Part shown: one piece after another, positions 38,600 to 48,231 of the stretch
Layout of the letters: every line of letters begins with the position of its first letter
Numbering within the stretch: the stretch's first letter is position 1
Source: a virus
Strand: one strand, 5' to 3'
Virus record (IMG/VR): IMGVR_UViG_3300029441_000005
Span: 12,773-76,772 of that record
DNA length: 64,000 nucleotides
Notes under the pieces: generated by a model
The model's database searches: none
Told to the model about the DNA's origin: nothing
What the model saw: the letters and a program-made list of their open reading frames with translations, nothing else
Made by a program: the position numbers and the translations under genes

Positions 38600-40480
38600 T
38601 TAGTTATTCTGGGCAGAGATGGATACTTCACCGGTGCTCTTGTTTACAGCAATGTCGATGATAACATCCATTTCGATATCCTGCATTGGAACAACCTCCT
38701 TATACTTCAGCTGAGCCCGATATTTACCCTGGCGAACGTCGGCCTCATTGTTTATCTGAAGCTCTTCGTAACTCTGGGCATCCTGGTCACCTATCCACTC
38801 ATAGGAAGTGATGGCATTGCGGGTCTGCAGGTCATCCAGAATTTCTTTTGCTTCGTGATAAATGAGTTTCCACGTATCGAAGGTATTGGGCTCTTCGATG
38901 TAGCTCTCTAAAATCGGCCGGAGGTTTTTCTTCAGATAGAGATTGAGACGAACTATGGAGATGAATTTCTCCAAATCGTCTACTGGGTTCGAAGTGAAAC
39001 CATGCCAGAGCATAGTGCGCTGACCCTGGGTCCTGGTGTTCTTTATTACGAACAGGTTCATGTACCACTGAGCGAACTCGTTAAGAGTATCCACTTCAGC
39101 AGGTCCTCCCAAGTTCTTCATCACCGGACCGAGTGCCGATACGATTACACCCCGGTTCATACCGGAGAACGAATACCAGGGACCGTAGGTAGAAGCGCAG
39201 ATGGCATCGAGTCCCACTACCGAACCCAGCACATCGCATTTCTGGAGAGAGCCATTCTCGTTGTAATACTTGATACCACCTCCGAAATATGCCACTTCTT
39301 TCTTGGCACCAATGGTCTGTACCAGAGTCTTCAGTGCCGAAAGGGTCTCTTCGGGAGTTGCTGGGGTACGAGTGTCAGGAGCATACTTAGGCACTTCCAC
39401 ATACAACATCTGTTCGAAGATGTTGTGTACATCGGCAGCTACAGAGGTATATACCTTGGTATAATCCGTAGGCAGATGCTGATGTATGTGAGAAAGGATT
39501 ACCGAATATGCCTCGTAGTAGGCCTTGCTTGCCTGATATGCCGAGAGCCATTCGTCTGCCGTAGGAGTAGCCCCTGCATTACCCTCAGTACACTGCATGT
39601 ATATGTTGGTATCGGAAATTTCCTCGGCATCCACGGTACCTTCCGTTATCTTACCCACAGTAATCATCGAGTTCCAGTTGGAGAACTGACGAAGAATGGA
39701 TATGATATCTTCCATGGTCTGAATACCGGTTGCCAGATTTGCCATGGTACCCTGACCATCGCCTGCCTTACCCTGGATTGCCTCAAAAGTGATGTTGGGA
39801 GCATTATCCAGGAAGTTCTGCAGAGTATTCACATTTATAGAGGGATTGGTTACTCCCTCGGAAGTGTTTTCAGATACTGCCGAGAAGAACAGCATTTCGT
39901 TGAGCATGCTGTCGTACGTCGGAATATTGGTAATATCATCCCGGCCACCATACTGAATGATGCTTGCACGGAGTGTTGGTTCCGTGGATACATTCAGCTT
40001 CAGGTAAAAAGGACGATTGAGATTAACTCCCGTATCATCCAATACCGGAGAACCAGCCTCTCGAGTACGTATGGCCATGTGCATAGAGAGACTGTTCTCA
40101 GCCCCACTCGGGTCGGAAATAGTAATGGAAATAACCGAAGAACCGTCTGGTACCGATACCGAGGGAACTGCCTGAGAAGAAGCCGGTGTTACCGACATAG
40201 GCTTTGCCCAACCATAAGTAGCCCCAACTCCAGCTACTCGTGATACCCGGACTTTTGCACCCATTTCCAGGGCTTTCATGATGTTTGATACCGAACCATC
40301 CGGAACTATTTCCGAACCGAAGATGCGAGTGAACTGTGAGGGAGTTGCAATCAAGTCCTTCGGGTCTTCGAATGGACCCTTAGTAGTACGGGCTACTACA
40401 TTGATTACACCCAACAGAGGTACACTTGATTGTACATTCAGGTCCTTAAAATTGAACCTTACTCTTGGAGTCTGTGGCAT
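38600..40480 (-). CDS. contractile tail sheath protein (start moved to MPQTPRVRF)
   Basis: 626 aa, sheath-tube order, GC-richer codon usage typical of highly expressed virion genes. Confidence 0.75.
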   Translation of the reverse strand: MPQTPRVRFNFKDLNVQSSVPLLGVINVVARTTKGPFEDPKDLIATPSQFTRIFGSEIVPDGSVSNIMKALEMGAKVRVSRVAGVGATYGWAKPMSVTPASSQAVPSVSVPDGSSVISITISDPSGAENSLSMHMAIRTREAGSPVLDDTGVNLNRPFYLKLNVSTEPTLRASIIQYGGRDDITNIPTYDSMLNEMLFFSAVSENTSEGVTNPSINVNTLQNFLDNAPNITFEAIQGKAGDGQGTMANLATGIQTMEDIISILRQFSNWNSMITVGKITEGTVDAEEISDTNIYMQCTEGNAGATPTADEWLSAYQASKAYYEAYSVILSHIHQHLPTDYTKVYTSVAADVHNIFEQMLYVEVPKYAPDTRTPATPEETLSALKTLVQTIGAKKEVAYFGGGIKYYNENGSLQKCDVLGSVVGLDAICASTYGPWYSFSGMNRGVIVSALGPVMKNLGGPAEVDTLNEFAQWYMNLFVIKNTRTQGQRTMLWHGFTSNPVDDLEKFISIVRLNLYLKKNLRPILESYIEEPNTFDTWKLIYHEAKEILDDLQTRNAITSYEWIGDQDAQSYEELQINNEADVRQGKYRAQLKYKEVVPMQDIEMDVIIDIAVNKSTGEVSISAQNN

Positions 40481-40571
40481 ATAATTATTGATTAAGGTTA
40501 TGATAGTAAAAAAGAATCCACCTCCACGTACCCTCAAGTAAGAACCAGGGTCGATTGGAGGTATAGGTGGG

Positions 40572-41246
40572 TCAGGCTCCTTGGGGAACCTTCAGAGTGT
40601 AATCGGCATTTTCTAGAAGCACGGAAATATCTCTTATTGGAGTAATTACCTCTGGAGGAGTGTTACCATCTAAGAGGCAATCCTGTACTTCAAATTGGTA
40701 TACCTTTTCCATCAACCCATTATCCAAATCCGGCATGTTATAAAAATTAACTATCCGGAGGAATATATTTCCTGTGAATAGAAATTTGGGTTCTTCGTAT
40801 GGTTTTAGGTAGCCTCTTTGAGGAACTGACCAGAACATAATCTGATGCAACAGTCTCATGTGTTCTGCAGAATGAGCACACAGTCTTATGTTCATGTATT
40901 GTGATAGGGTTTCATAAGGTACTTCAGTTGCAGTGTAACCTATGCCCTCTTCTTTCTCTATTATCTGTCTCGGTAGTCCAATATCTCCAGGATAGAATCC
41001 TTCGGAATCAACCACGATACGGGGGGTTTCTTTTATACCTTTTGAGTGATTGTTACCCACTCCGAATATACTGACGTAGAAACCCTTTTCGTCAGTGATC
41101 TTTTTCAGGTCTTCTTTAAACCGTTCAGCATTTGCTGCACTGGTTGGAAGATAGTCTTCTGGATTTATAGTGTAGCCCAACTTGATAGCCATATTTAATA
41201 TAGCCACGTATATGGACCTCTCTATAATTTCCTGAGAATTTACCAT
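40572..41246 (-). CDS. hypothetical neck/tail-completion protein
   Basis: Position between the head-tail joining genes and the sheath. Confidence 0.35.
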   Translation of the reverse strand: MVNSQEIIERSIYVAILNMAIKLGYTINPEDYLPTSAANAERFKEDLKKITDEKGFYVSIFGVGNNHSKGIKETPRIVVDSEGFYPGDIGLPRQIIEKEEGIGYTATEVPYETLSQYMNIRLCAHSAEHMRLLHQIMFWSVPQRGYLKPYEEPKFLFTGNIFLRIVNFYNMPDLDNGLMEKVYQFEVQDCLLDGNTPPEVITPIRDISVLLENADYTLKVPQGA

Positions 41247-41806
41247 TTTACTTGATTGGGTCTTACACCATACTTTTGAAGTTCTTTACGTATCTCCGTT
41301 AGGATAAGTTGCTTGAGCTTATTCTTACCACCAGCGGCTTTAAGAGATGGTGCCCATACGGGCCGGGGTGGAATCCTACCATCGCTGGAACCGAATTCCA
41401 ACATCATGGCTAGTTGGTTTAGTGTTAGCTTCTTCTGAGAAGAGCGTCTGGTTCCGATTGGTAATCCTATTAGAACCCTCGATTTATACCTATATAACCC
41501 AACTGACCTCGAATAGAGACCAGTCAGGTTATAAATAGGATGTTGTCCCCACCTTTCAATGGTAGCTGGAGATAATGGTTGCCAAGTTACTCCACCACCC
41601 ATCGGCGGTATACCCAAAGTTAATGACTTCTTTACGATTGCAAGGAGGTTACGTGAGAATTGACTCACAGCTTTATCATATCCCCTCTGCATACTTGGCC
41701 CAAGGTTACTGACTAAAGATTCTACCTTTTGCCATTCACCGTTTAGCTTTACCTGAAGTACAAGGTCAGATACTTTGGGAAGTGTGATATTTACCTTCCT
41801 TGCCAT
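41240..41806 (-). CDS. HK97 gp10-like head-tail joining protein
   Basis: GRIPPRPVWAPSLK resembles the conserved (I)PARPF motif of this family. Confidence 0.4.
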   Translation of the reverse strand: MARKVNITLPKVSDLVLQVKLNGEWQKVESLVSNLGPSMQRGYDKAVSQFSRNLLAIVKKSLTLGIPPMGGGVTWQPLSPATIERWGQHPIYNLTGLYSRSVGLYRYKSRVLIGLPIGTRRSSQKKLTLNQLAMMLEFGSSDGRIPPRPVWAPSLKAAGGKNKLKQLILTEIRKELQKYGVRPNQVKW

Positions 41807-41809
41807 TTG

Positions 41810-42322
41810 TTAGAAGTATTTATTGTAAAAAGCCTTCAGTTCATCGTAAACAGTCCTGATAATACCATCTTTGTGATAGTGGTACTCGCCAGCATAACCT
41901 TCTATTCCTCCGAGTTTATTTGCCCACTTCTCTGTCCAAAAATCGTAGTAGTTATTAGTACGTTTGTGTAGCATACAATGTAATCCACTACATAAGCCCA
42001 CGATTGGTAAGTATAATGGACCAAGAATTCGAGATTGAATACAATGACCAAACTCGTGATTATATACTGGTTCTCTTAATCCTGACTTCTCTGATAGGAA
42101 GATATAGTTTCCTAAACTTACTCCTCCATTCATTGTTGGAGCCACATAGAAAGCAGTACTCCTTTGTTTTAGGATTCTTTTCTCACCCCGTAGGATTATT
42201 TTATAACCGAGTCCGGCAAGGTTTTGAGGTAATTGCCAAATATACAAAATGATATGCCCAAGAATATGCAGGAACTTACCAAACTTAGTTTTATGTTGGT
42301 GTTCTTTTAAGATACTGGACAT
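41810..42322 (-). CDS. HExxH zinc-metallopeptidase-like membrane protein (DUF4157-like pattern)
   Basis: GGVSLGNYIFLSEK ... VYNHEFGHCIQSRILG. Hydrophobic segments FLHILGHIILYIW and LYLPIVGLCSGL. Confidence 0.45.
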   Translation of the reverse strand: MSSILKEHQHKTKFGKFLHILGHIILYIWQLPQNLAGLGYKIILRGEKRILKQRSTAFYVAPTMNGGVSLGNYIFLSEKSGLREPVYNHEFGHCIQSRILGPLYLPIVGLCSGLHCMLHKRTNNYYDFWTEKWANKLGGIEGYAGEYHYHKDGIIRTVYDELKAFYNKYF

Positions 42323-42325
42323 TGC

Positions 42326-42517
42326 CTATTCTTTCTTAAGAGATGCCTTTACTTTGAGATAGTGAACAAAATAACCGGTAATGAAATACACTATCGGGTA
42401 TAAGATGAGCAAGAAAGCTACCAACCCATTGTCCAACCATCTCCAAATGCAGGAGAAGATAATTACTGAAGCTATGGCCAAGGAAATGTATAGCCATCCA
42501 AGTTTTGTAATGTTCAT
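42326..42517 (-). CDS. small two-TM membrane protein
   Basis: WLYISLAIASVIIFSCIW and LVAFLLILYPIVYFITGYFV. Preferred over the overlapping 42336-42548 ORF. Confidence 0.45.
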   Translation of the reverse strand: MNITKLGWLYISLAIASVIIFSCIWRWLDNGLVAFLLILYPIVYFITGYFVHYLKVKASLKKE

Positions 42518-42528
42518 GGTTTATAGTT

Positions 42529-43635
42529 TTAGTTGTATGGAGCCACATTTATAAAGAAATGTTTTACACTTCCCACTACTTGGCAGAGTATGGTGTACAC
42601 CTTATAACCGGAGGTAGGTGCTACATCGGCTGCATTCTGGTGCATGTGTATCACACTTGTACTATTTTGTTTACTAAATGTAGGAGTTACATTATATGCA
42701 CATATAAGTGAAGCTGTTGGGGCTAGGTTATTGAAAGTATGTTCTAGTAGGGTCAGTGTGGGATTACTTGAACCAGTATACCAAAGAGACTCTTTACCTC
42801 TTAGATTCCTAACTACATTTGTACCAGATGTATACTCTATCAAACTGGTTGTACCTATATATACCGCATTACCCTCTTTTATAATGTATCTAATGATTTG
42901 GTTTTCTGTAGCATGGTCACCTAAATCGCTAAAAGTAGCCTCGAATAGGAAATATATCTCACGAGTTTCTATCATGAGATAGAATGCAGTAAATAAGTCA
43001 TTCTGAGTATCACCGTTCCACCACATCATACCTATTCCAGAAGAATCTCCAAGGGTTTTAACAGTATTATTACCTGTCATCCATTGTAACTTCCTTAGAG
43101 CATCTACTAGAGTATCACCGTTTTGGATATAAGGGTCTTGGACATCACCATACCTAATGATATCTGACCAACTAGATATCCTTAGGTCAGAAAGACTTCC
43201 ACCACCGCTTACCTCTTCCCAACCAGAACCGGCACTTACTTTACCAGATATATACACTTTATACCCACGGAATAAGGTTTTCTTGCCTTGTACCCATAGT
43301 AAATATTCTACTCGTCCTATAGTAGGCATTAAACCCGTGGCTATGGCTATACCATAATAATTACCAGAAGTTATACCTGTATTAGATGGTCCATTTACTA
43401 CAGTAGCAGCATCAGCCACGAAGAACTTTACCTTAGTATTTTGAGTACCATCAGAAAAGGGGGCTGAATCATTAAAATCAGTTATTACTAAACTATTAAT
43501 GTCAGCCTTACCTTTGAAAAGGTTGGCTATATTCTGCAGTGTAGTCCTTTGACTAGCCGATATCTGAATTTTCTCTTTACCTGTTGGAGTTACATCAGTA
43601 AACTGAGAACTACCTATCTCATGAAATTCTGCCAT
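42529..43635 (-). CDS. hypothetical virion protein
   Basis: 368-aa ORF in the head/neck module. Confidence 0.4.
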   Translation of the reverse strand: MAEFHEIGSSQFTDVTPTGKEKIQISASQRTTLQNIANLFKGKADINSLVITDFNDSAPFSDGTQNTKVKFFVADAATVVNGPSNTGITSGNYYGIAIATGLMPTIGRVEYLLWVQGKKTLFRGYKVYISGKVSAGSGWEEVSGGGSLSDLRISSWSDIIRYGDVQDPYIQNGDTLVDALRKLQWMTGNNTVKTLGDSSGIGMMWWNGDTQNDLFTAFYLMIETREIYFLFEATFSDLGDHATENQIIRYIIKEGNAVYIGTTSLIEYTSGTNVVRNLRGKESLWYTGSSNPTLTLLEHTFNNLAPTASLICAYNVTPTFSKQNSTSVIHMHQNAADVAPTSGYKVYTILCQVVGSVKHFFINVAPYN

Positions 43636-43655
43636 GATATCTTAATGTTTTACTT

Positions 43656-43955
43656 TTATTTTGCATTCTGTTGCCTATACCCAGCTTTAACATCGTCATA
43701 AAGAGATACGATATTATAGAATGTAGCTACAATTAGACTATCAGTCATCTGAACTACTGTAAGATAGGCTTCAGCCTGTTGAGCAGTTGCTACTGTATCA
43801 GTTGTAGTCCTAAATACCAAAGTCTTCCTTCTCTCTACTCCAGTAAGATTAGTGTCTGAAGTTATTAGGGATTCAGAACTTCCTCCTATTCCGGTATAAT
43901 CTATATAAAAATTATCACCAGAGCCGTCATCCCAAGGTATAGTAACTTTTGCCAT
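43656..43955 (-). CDS. hypothetical protein
   Basis: 99-aa ORF, tightly packed. Confidence 0.4.
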   Translation of the reverse strand: MAKVTIPWDDGSGDNFYIDYTGIGGSSESLITSDTNLTGVERRKTLVFRTTTDTVATAQQAEAYLTVVQMTDSLIVATFYNIVSLYDDVKAGYRQQNAK

Positions 43956-44022
43956 ACGTTAGTTATTAAATTTAGCGATATAGATGGGATATCCCACCCA
44001 TCTATACCAAGACTCCTTAGCC

Positions 44023-44655
44023 CTATGCCTTTGGAGTAACCGTAAATGTAGTGTTGGTGTCCACAGTGACCTGAACTGCCGAGCCATCCTGAGGCACATC
44101 GATTGTAGTCGGAGTAACTTCGATGAAGGGGTCACCTGCAGTCTGGTTAAGAGTAGTTGTTGCCTTCTGACCACCACTGGCCGTAGCAATAATCTGCTGT
44201 TTACGAGCTTCAATGGTTTCGTTAGCTGCAGCATTCAGTGTAAGAATGAATACATACTTAGCTTTTGCACCTGGGTCACCACTAATTGCAGTACCTGAAG
44301 TGGCACTTGAACCATTAGCTTGGAACTGTATTGCAGCTATATCGGCAGCAATAATATCACCAATACCTTTGCTAAAGGTTATTTTTGAAGTATTGGACTT
44401 ACCAGTTAAAGTTATCGTACCGCCTTCTTTATCTACTGCAGGACGGGTATTATCGAACTGGATAAACTCAGCTGCAGGAAGGTGGTTAGCAACAAACTGT
44501 TTCTTCTCAGCTACTCCTATACCCTCTACCTCAAATGTAGCACTTTGGGCTACACGATTGCCACGATCGGCAACTTCAGCTTTTACCTGTAAAGTGGTAT
44601 CACCTGAACCAGATGAAGGATTGACAACAATGCCGTTTTGTTTTACTTCAGCCAT
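44023..44655 (-). CDS. Ig-like/BACON-like repeat protein (virion surface candidate)
   Basis: Two beta-rich repeats (GDTTLQVKAEV ... GGTITLTGKSN ... VQVTVDTNTTFTVTPK). Confidence 0.4.
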   Translation of the reverse strand: MAEVKQNGIVVNPSSGSGDTTLQVKAEVADRGNRVAQSATFEVEGIGVAEKKQFVANHLPAAEFIQFDNTRPAVDKEGGTITLTGKSNTSKITFSKGIGDIIAADIAAIQFQANGSSATSGTAISGDPGAKAKYVFILTLNAAANETIEARKQQIIATASGGQKATTTLNQTAGDPFIEVTPTTIDVPQDGSAVQVTVDTNTTFTVTPKA

Positions 44656-44662
44656 TTTTTAT

Positions 44663-45259
44663 TTATTTGGGTCTTACCTTAAATGTAGTATTGGTCTTTA
44701 CGGTAGTTTCATCCTCATAAGAATTAATTTCGCTTAGTTGAAGGATATACTTGGTCAATTCTACATACCTATCGATATTCTCCATGTAAGAGAGTATCTT
44801 TTTTGTTTCTTCTGGAGTTTCTCTCTTCAGTACTACAAAAAAGAGCAAAGCTTCATCATGTGCTTGAGCTACTTGAGTATCACCTGTGGGAGAATAGACC
44901 TTACCATTGATTACGAACTTGTCCTGTGCCCAGTCAAAGTTCCAATAACCCTCTTTGGTTAAATGACCATTCTCTTCAAGTGACCTCTTAGTTACATATA
45001 ACACAATGTTGATACCGTCCAGTTCACCTGAAACAGTCTCTTTTAATGAAGGCCAAGTTCTTATGTAGTTATACTGAATTAATCCGTCCAGAAAATACGG
45101 TTCGTAGTTATTACCAGTATCTTCACCGTAAGACAGAATCTGGTCAAATCTCTTTAACCAGATTAGAGGTTGTTTACCTGCATCCACTTCAACAAAGTCA
45201 TTTACAATGGCCTTGTATCGGTCCCATACTCCTTTTGTAATCCTTTTCCTCCGTGCCAT
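44663..45259 (-). CDS. hypothetical head/neck-module protein
   Basis: 198-aa ORF. Confidence 0.4.
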   Translation of the reverse strand: MARRKRITKGVWDRYKAIVNDFVEVDAGKQPLIWLKRFDQILSYGEDTGNNYEPYFLDGLIQYNYIRTWPSLKETVSGELDGINIVLYVTKRSLEENGHLTKEGYWNFDWAQDKFVINGKVYSPTGDTQVAQAHDEALLFFVVLKRETPEETKKILSYMENIDRYVELTKYILQLSEINSYEDETTVKTNTTFKVRPK

Positions 45260-45262
45260 ACC

Positions 45263-46126
45263 CTATCTCTTTACAGGGAAGCCTGGGTCTGGGCCATCTA
45301 ATGGTCCTGGCCTCCGGTGGTTGACTACTTTTGGAACTACTACCTTCTTCACTGTTCGGCAAATGGGTAGATAGATGGAAAGTCTTTCAGCAAGCATACA
45401 CAGATTTTGTTTAAGTATATCAATAACTCCACCTGGTTGCATTGCTTTTATGACATTTGATGAGGTTTTAGATTCAGAGTCAGTATCGTTGAAGAATTCT
45501 ACCTCAGTTGGACCTGTTTGTATTCGCTTAACCTCACCTGAACCCCGGCTTGACTCTGAAGACTCGGATTCAGATGTAGAGGATGAGTTACTCTCTTTAA
45601 CTGATTCTGCAGTGGCACCAACCATCAATGAAATCTGCACTACCATATAATCATAGGCTGCCAATTCCATAATTAGCTGGTTTTCTAGAGCTTCGTAATA
45701 CAACTCATTATTAAATTCCTCTATAGGTACTTCATGATTTACTAGCGGCTGAATATATAGCTGCCATTTTTCAATAAACTGTTGCTTCTCTTTAAGCGTA
45801 AGTTTACCGAAGATATCCTCAGGGATATAAGTGTCTATCAGCTCGTAGATACTGCCAGACAACTGGGTCTTTACCTCTTCACTAACCCCAATAACCTGAG
45901 TCTTGGATAATGCAACTCCTCCGACGTTGTTAGTTATGGTCATCTTGACCACGTAGTCACCAGAAGCTTCATAAAGATGGGAAGCAGTTACCACACCAAC
46001 GTGTGATTCTGTCTTCCCATCACCAAATACCCATGTTACTGTAAAGTCGTGGGGTAGTTCATCAGCGAATCCCCTAAACCTTGCATTGAGTCCAACTACG
46101 GTAGATAAAAAATCTACCTCTTTCAT
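45263..46126 (-). CDS. PKD-domain-containing protein
   Basis: FTVTWVFGDGKTESHVGVVTASHLYEASGDYVVKMTITNNVGG is a PKD-type motif. Confidence 0.55.
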   Translation of the reverse strand: MKEVDFLSTVVGLNARFRGFADELPHDFTVTWVFGDGKTESHVGVVTASHLYEASGDYVVKMTITNNVGGVALSKTQVIGVSEEVKTQLSGSIYELIDTYIPEDIFGKLTLKEKQQFIEKWQLYIQPLVNHEVPIEEFNNELYYEALENQLIMELAAYDYMVVQISLMVGATAESVKESNSSSTSESESSESSRGSGEVKRIQTGPTEVEFFNDTDSESKTSSNVIKAMQPGGVIDILKQNLCMLAERLSIYLPICRTVKKVVVPKVVNHRRPGPLDGPDPGFPVKR

Positions 46127-46129
46127 AGT

Positions 46130-46555
46130 TTACTCGTCGTCTTCGTCCTTCAGCTCATCGAGGATAGCATTTACCAAGTCAAGCTTAGTGTCACCATCCT
46201 CCGGCTCAATCTCCAATGAGATAGCCAAAGCCTTCAGCTCTTCAGTATTGAACTGTTCTTTGATTTTCTCGGGAGCTTCCTCAGCTTCCACGAGTTCATC
46301 GAACTTCTTCCGAACTGCTTCCAGGTCAACCTCTTTCTTGGGAGCAGGTGAGCTTTCTTTCTGGCCGGGTGCCTTGAATTCCTCGGCCTTGGCCTCGATG
46401 AGATATCCGTTTGCCAAGGCTGCTTTGATAACCCGCAGATTAAACTGCTTGTCGGTTAATTCCACAACATCTTTGCAGAGAACCTTAATCTTTGAGGCCT
46501 GGTCATAGAAGATACTTGCCTTAGGACTCAGTTTTACATATCGTTTACTTGCCAT
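46130..46555 (-). CDS. hypothetical acidic protein
   Basis: 141-aa ORF directly after the capsid-gene terminator. Confidence 0.4.
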   Translation of the reverse strand: MASKRYVKLSPKASIFYDQASKIKVLCKDVVELTDKQFNLRVIKAALANGYLIEAKAEEFKAPGQKESSPAPKKEVDLEAVRKKFDELVEAEEAPEKIKEQFNTEELKALAISLEIEPEDGDTKLDLVNAILDELKDEDDE

Positions 46556-46570
46556 AGTTAAATTAGTTAA

Positions 46571-46593
46571 GGGGGCGGTATTAAGCCGCCCCC
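46571..46593 (-). terminator. strong GC hairpin after the major capsid gene
   Basis: GGGGGCGG-N7-CCGCCCCC, 20 nt after the capsid stop. Confidence 0.6.
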
Positions 46594-46612
46594 AGGTTTG
46601 AGTTGTTGGGTG

Positions 46613-47722
46613 TTACTCGATGATACCGGTCAGGTACTTGTCTACGTCCATGTAGTCGGGGAATCCTTTGGTAGCGAAATCCTTCATCGCATCGATGAGG
46701 ATGGAAGCATCCTGATACATCTTCGAGAAGCCCGTCGTCAGCGAAGCATAGATAGCCTCGGTCTGATTCGAAACTATACGTTCCGACTCCAGCATCAACT
46801 GTTTTGCAGTCAGCTTTATCATGGCTGCTGCCGGGTCTACGAGCATTACCTCGTCTGCCGGAGTACCACCATGGATATAGAAGTCTGCCGAGTTGGGAAC
46901 CGGAGTCTTCAGGTTCAGGCGGGCATCGGTAGTACCCGACGAACGCAGTTTGAACTCGGGGAGGTCGAGAAGGTCGAGTGCCTGCTCTTCACCGCCGATG
47001 ATGGTACGGAACTGACGGCCGAGGCGTGATGCTCGAATCCATACCCGGAGGAGGTCACGATACTGTATACCCTTTGTGGTATCTCCCACACCGATGACCG
47101 GAGCCGATTCCGAACCGTCCAGCTTGTTGCCCTTTACGAGGACATCCATAGCCAGAGCATCCATTGCATAACCCAGCTGAACGCCGAAGTCACGAAGGAA
47201 GATTGCCATTACGTCCATCGATACATAGCTTCGTACCTCGTCGGTAACCTTGAAACCCTTGCCGATTTTGAAGAGGTTGACCGACTTCTGGCCGAAGGAT
47301 ACGGTACCCAGAGGAATGGTCTCGGCCTCGTTCACCCGTGCAGGGTTAGCGTCGGACATGTTGACGAGCGGCATGATTGCGGTCAGCCCGTTGATAGGCT
47401 GGTCGGATGCGATGATGTTGGGATAGAACGGTGCTTCACGCATACCCAGATAGATTGCCTCACGGACAATCTCCGGAACGAGCCAGCGGAGTTCGGGATT
47501 CGGCATGGAGTATATATTCTCCATCGTGTCGACTTTGGGATTGAACCCGACGGCTTTGAAGTAATCCTCCTTGGTAATGCCGTATTTCTCCTGGAGCATA
47601 TCACCCAGATGAATGTCTACCGGGAGACTCTTGTTGCTTCCCTGTCGGAAGCCGTCCATATTCTTTACGATTTCGGGAAGCTCCTTTAAGTACTGGTCCC
47701 GAGTGAAAGTTTTTTCTGCCAT
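46613..47722 (-). CDS. major capsid protein
   Basis: 369 aa, last gene of the portal-protease-decoration-capsid order. Markedly GC-richer codon usage, followed by a strong terminator. Confidence 0.7.
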   Translation of the reverse strand: MAEKTFTRDQYLKELPEIVKNMDGFRQGSNKSLPVDIHLGDMLQEKYGITKEDYFKAVGFNPKVDTMENIYSMPNPELRWLVPEIVREAIYLGMREAPFYPNIIASDQPINGLTAIMPLVNMSDANPARVNEAETIPLGTVSFGQKSVNLFKIGKGFKVTDEVRSYVSMDVMAIFLRDFGVQLGYAMDALAMDVLVKGNKLDGSESAPVIGVGDTTKGIQYRDLLRVWIRASRLGRQFRTIIGGEEQALDLLDLPEFKLRSSGTTDARLNLKTPVPNSADFYIHGGTPADEVMLVDPAAAMIKLTAKQLMLESERIVSNQTEAIYASLTTGFSKMYQDASILIDAMKDFATKGFPDYMDVDKYLTGIIE

Positions 47723-47746
47723 GTTATAAAATGTTTTTTTTTCTTG

Positions 47747-48199
47747 TTATTTTGCAAGGATTCGTACCAGTTCGCCCACCCCTGCCGTGTTGATGGCCAG
47801 GAAAGGAGTCTCGGCATTCGAAGCCGACGGACTGTAGTTAGGATATGTACCACTGTCATCCAGTGTACCGTCTGTCTGAACATAGCCAGTAGTAGCTATG
47901 GTGGCTTTTGCGATACCGTGAATAACGGTGTAACCCTGGACCATAACCGTTACCTCTACGCCAGCTGCCGAAGGTGGATAGGCGGGGTACTGACTGTAAC
48001 CGATAGCGATACCTATATACATTTCGCCCTCTGCTCCGGTATATGGAGAGATTGAACCATCGGTGTTCAGTTTTACAGGCTGACCCTGAACGATGATATC
48101 GTTTTTCTTTACCGGGAATACCTGATGAAGCTTGTGCGATTCACTTTTGTAAATCACAGCCTGCGGGGTTCGGGAACCCACTTTGTGTAAGTCTGCCAT
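47747..48199 (-). CDS. head decoration/cement protein (DUF2190-like)
   Basis: 150 aa, immediately upstream of the capsid gene. GQPVKLNTDGS ... YIGIAIG ... VMVQGY pattern. Confidence 0.45.
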   Translation of the reverse strand: MADLHKVGSRTPQAVIYKSESHKLHQVFPVKKNDIIVQGQPVKLNTDGSISPYTGAEGEMYIGIAIGYSQYPAYPPSAAGVEVTVMVQGYTVIHGIAKATIATTGYVQTDGTLDDSGTYPNYSPSASNAETPFLAINTAGVGELVRILAK

Positions 48200-48231
48200 A
48201 ATTTAATTTGAAATTTAAGTTACTTTCTCTG

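Noticed and set aside
39002-40243. 413-aa plus-strand ORF, the longest plus-strand ORF in the window
   Set aside because: It lies entirely antisense to the well-supported tail sheath gene in a GC-enriched stretch. The protein is Cys/Arg/His-rich and low-complexity with no motif. It is most likely a codon-bias artefact.
42336-42548. 70-aa ORF overlapping 42326-42517 in another frame
   Set aside because: The alternative frame gives a clean two-TM peptide with tight spacing to both neighbours. This frame would overlap the upstream gene's 3' end and has no features.
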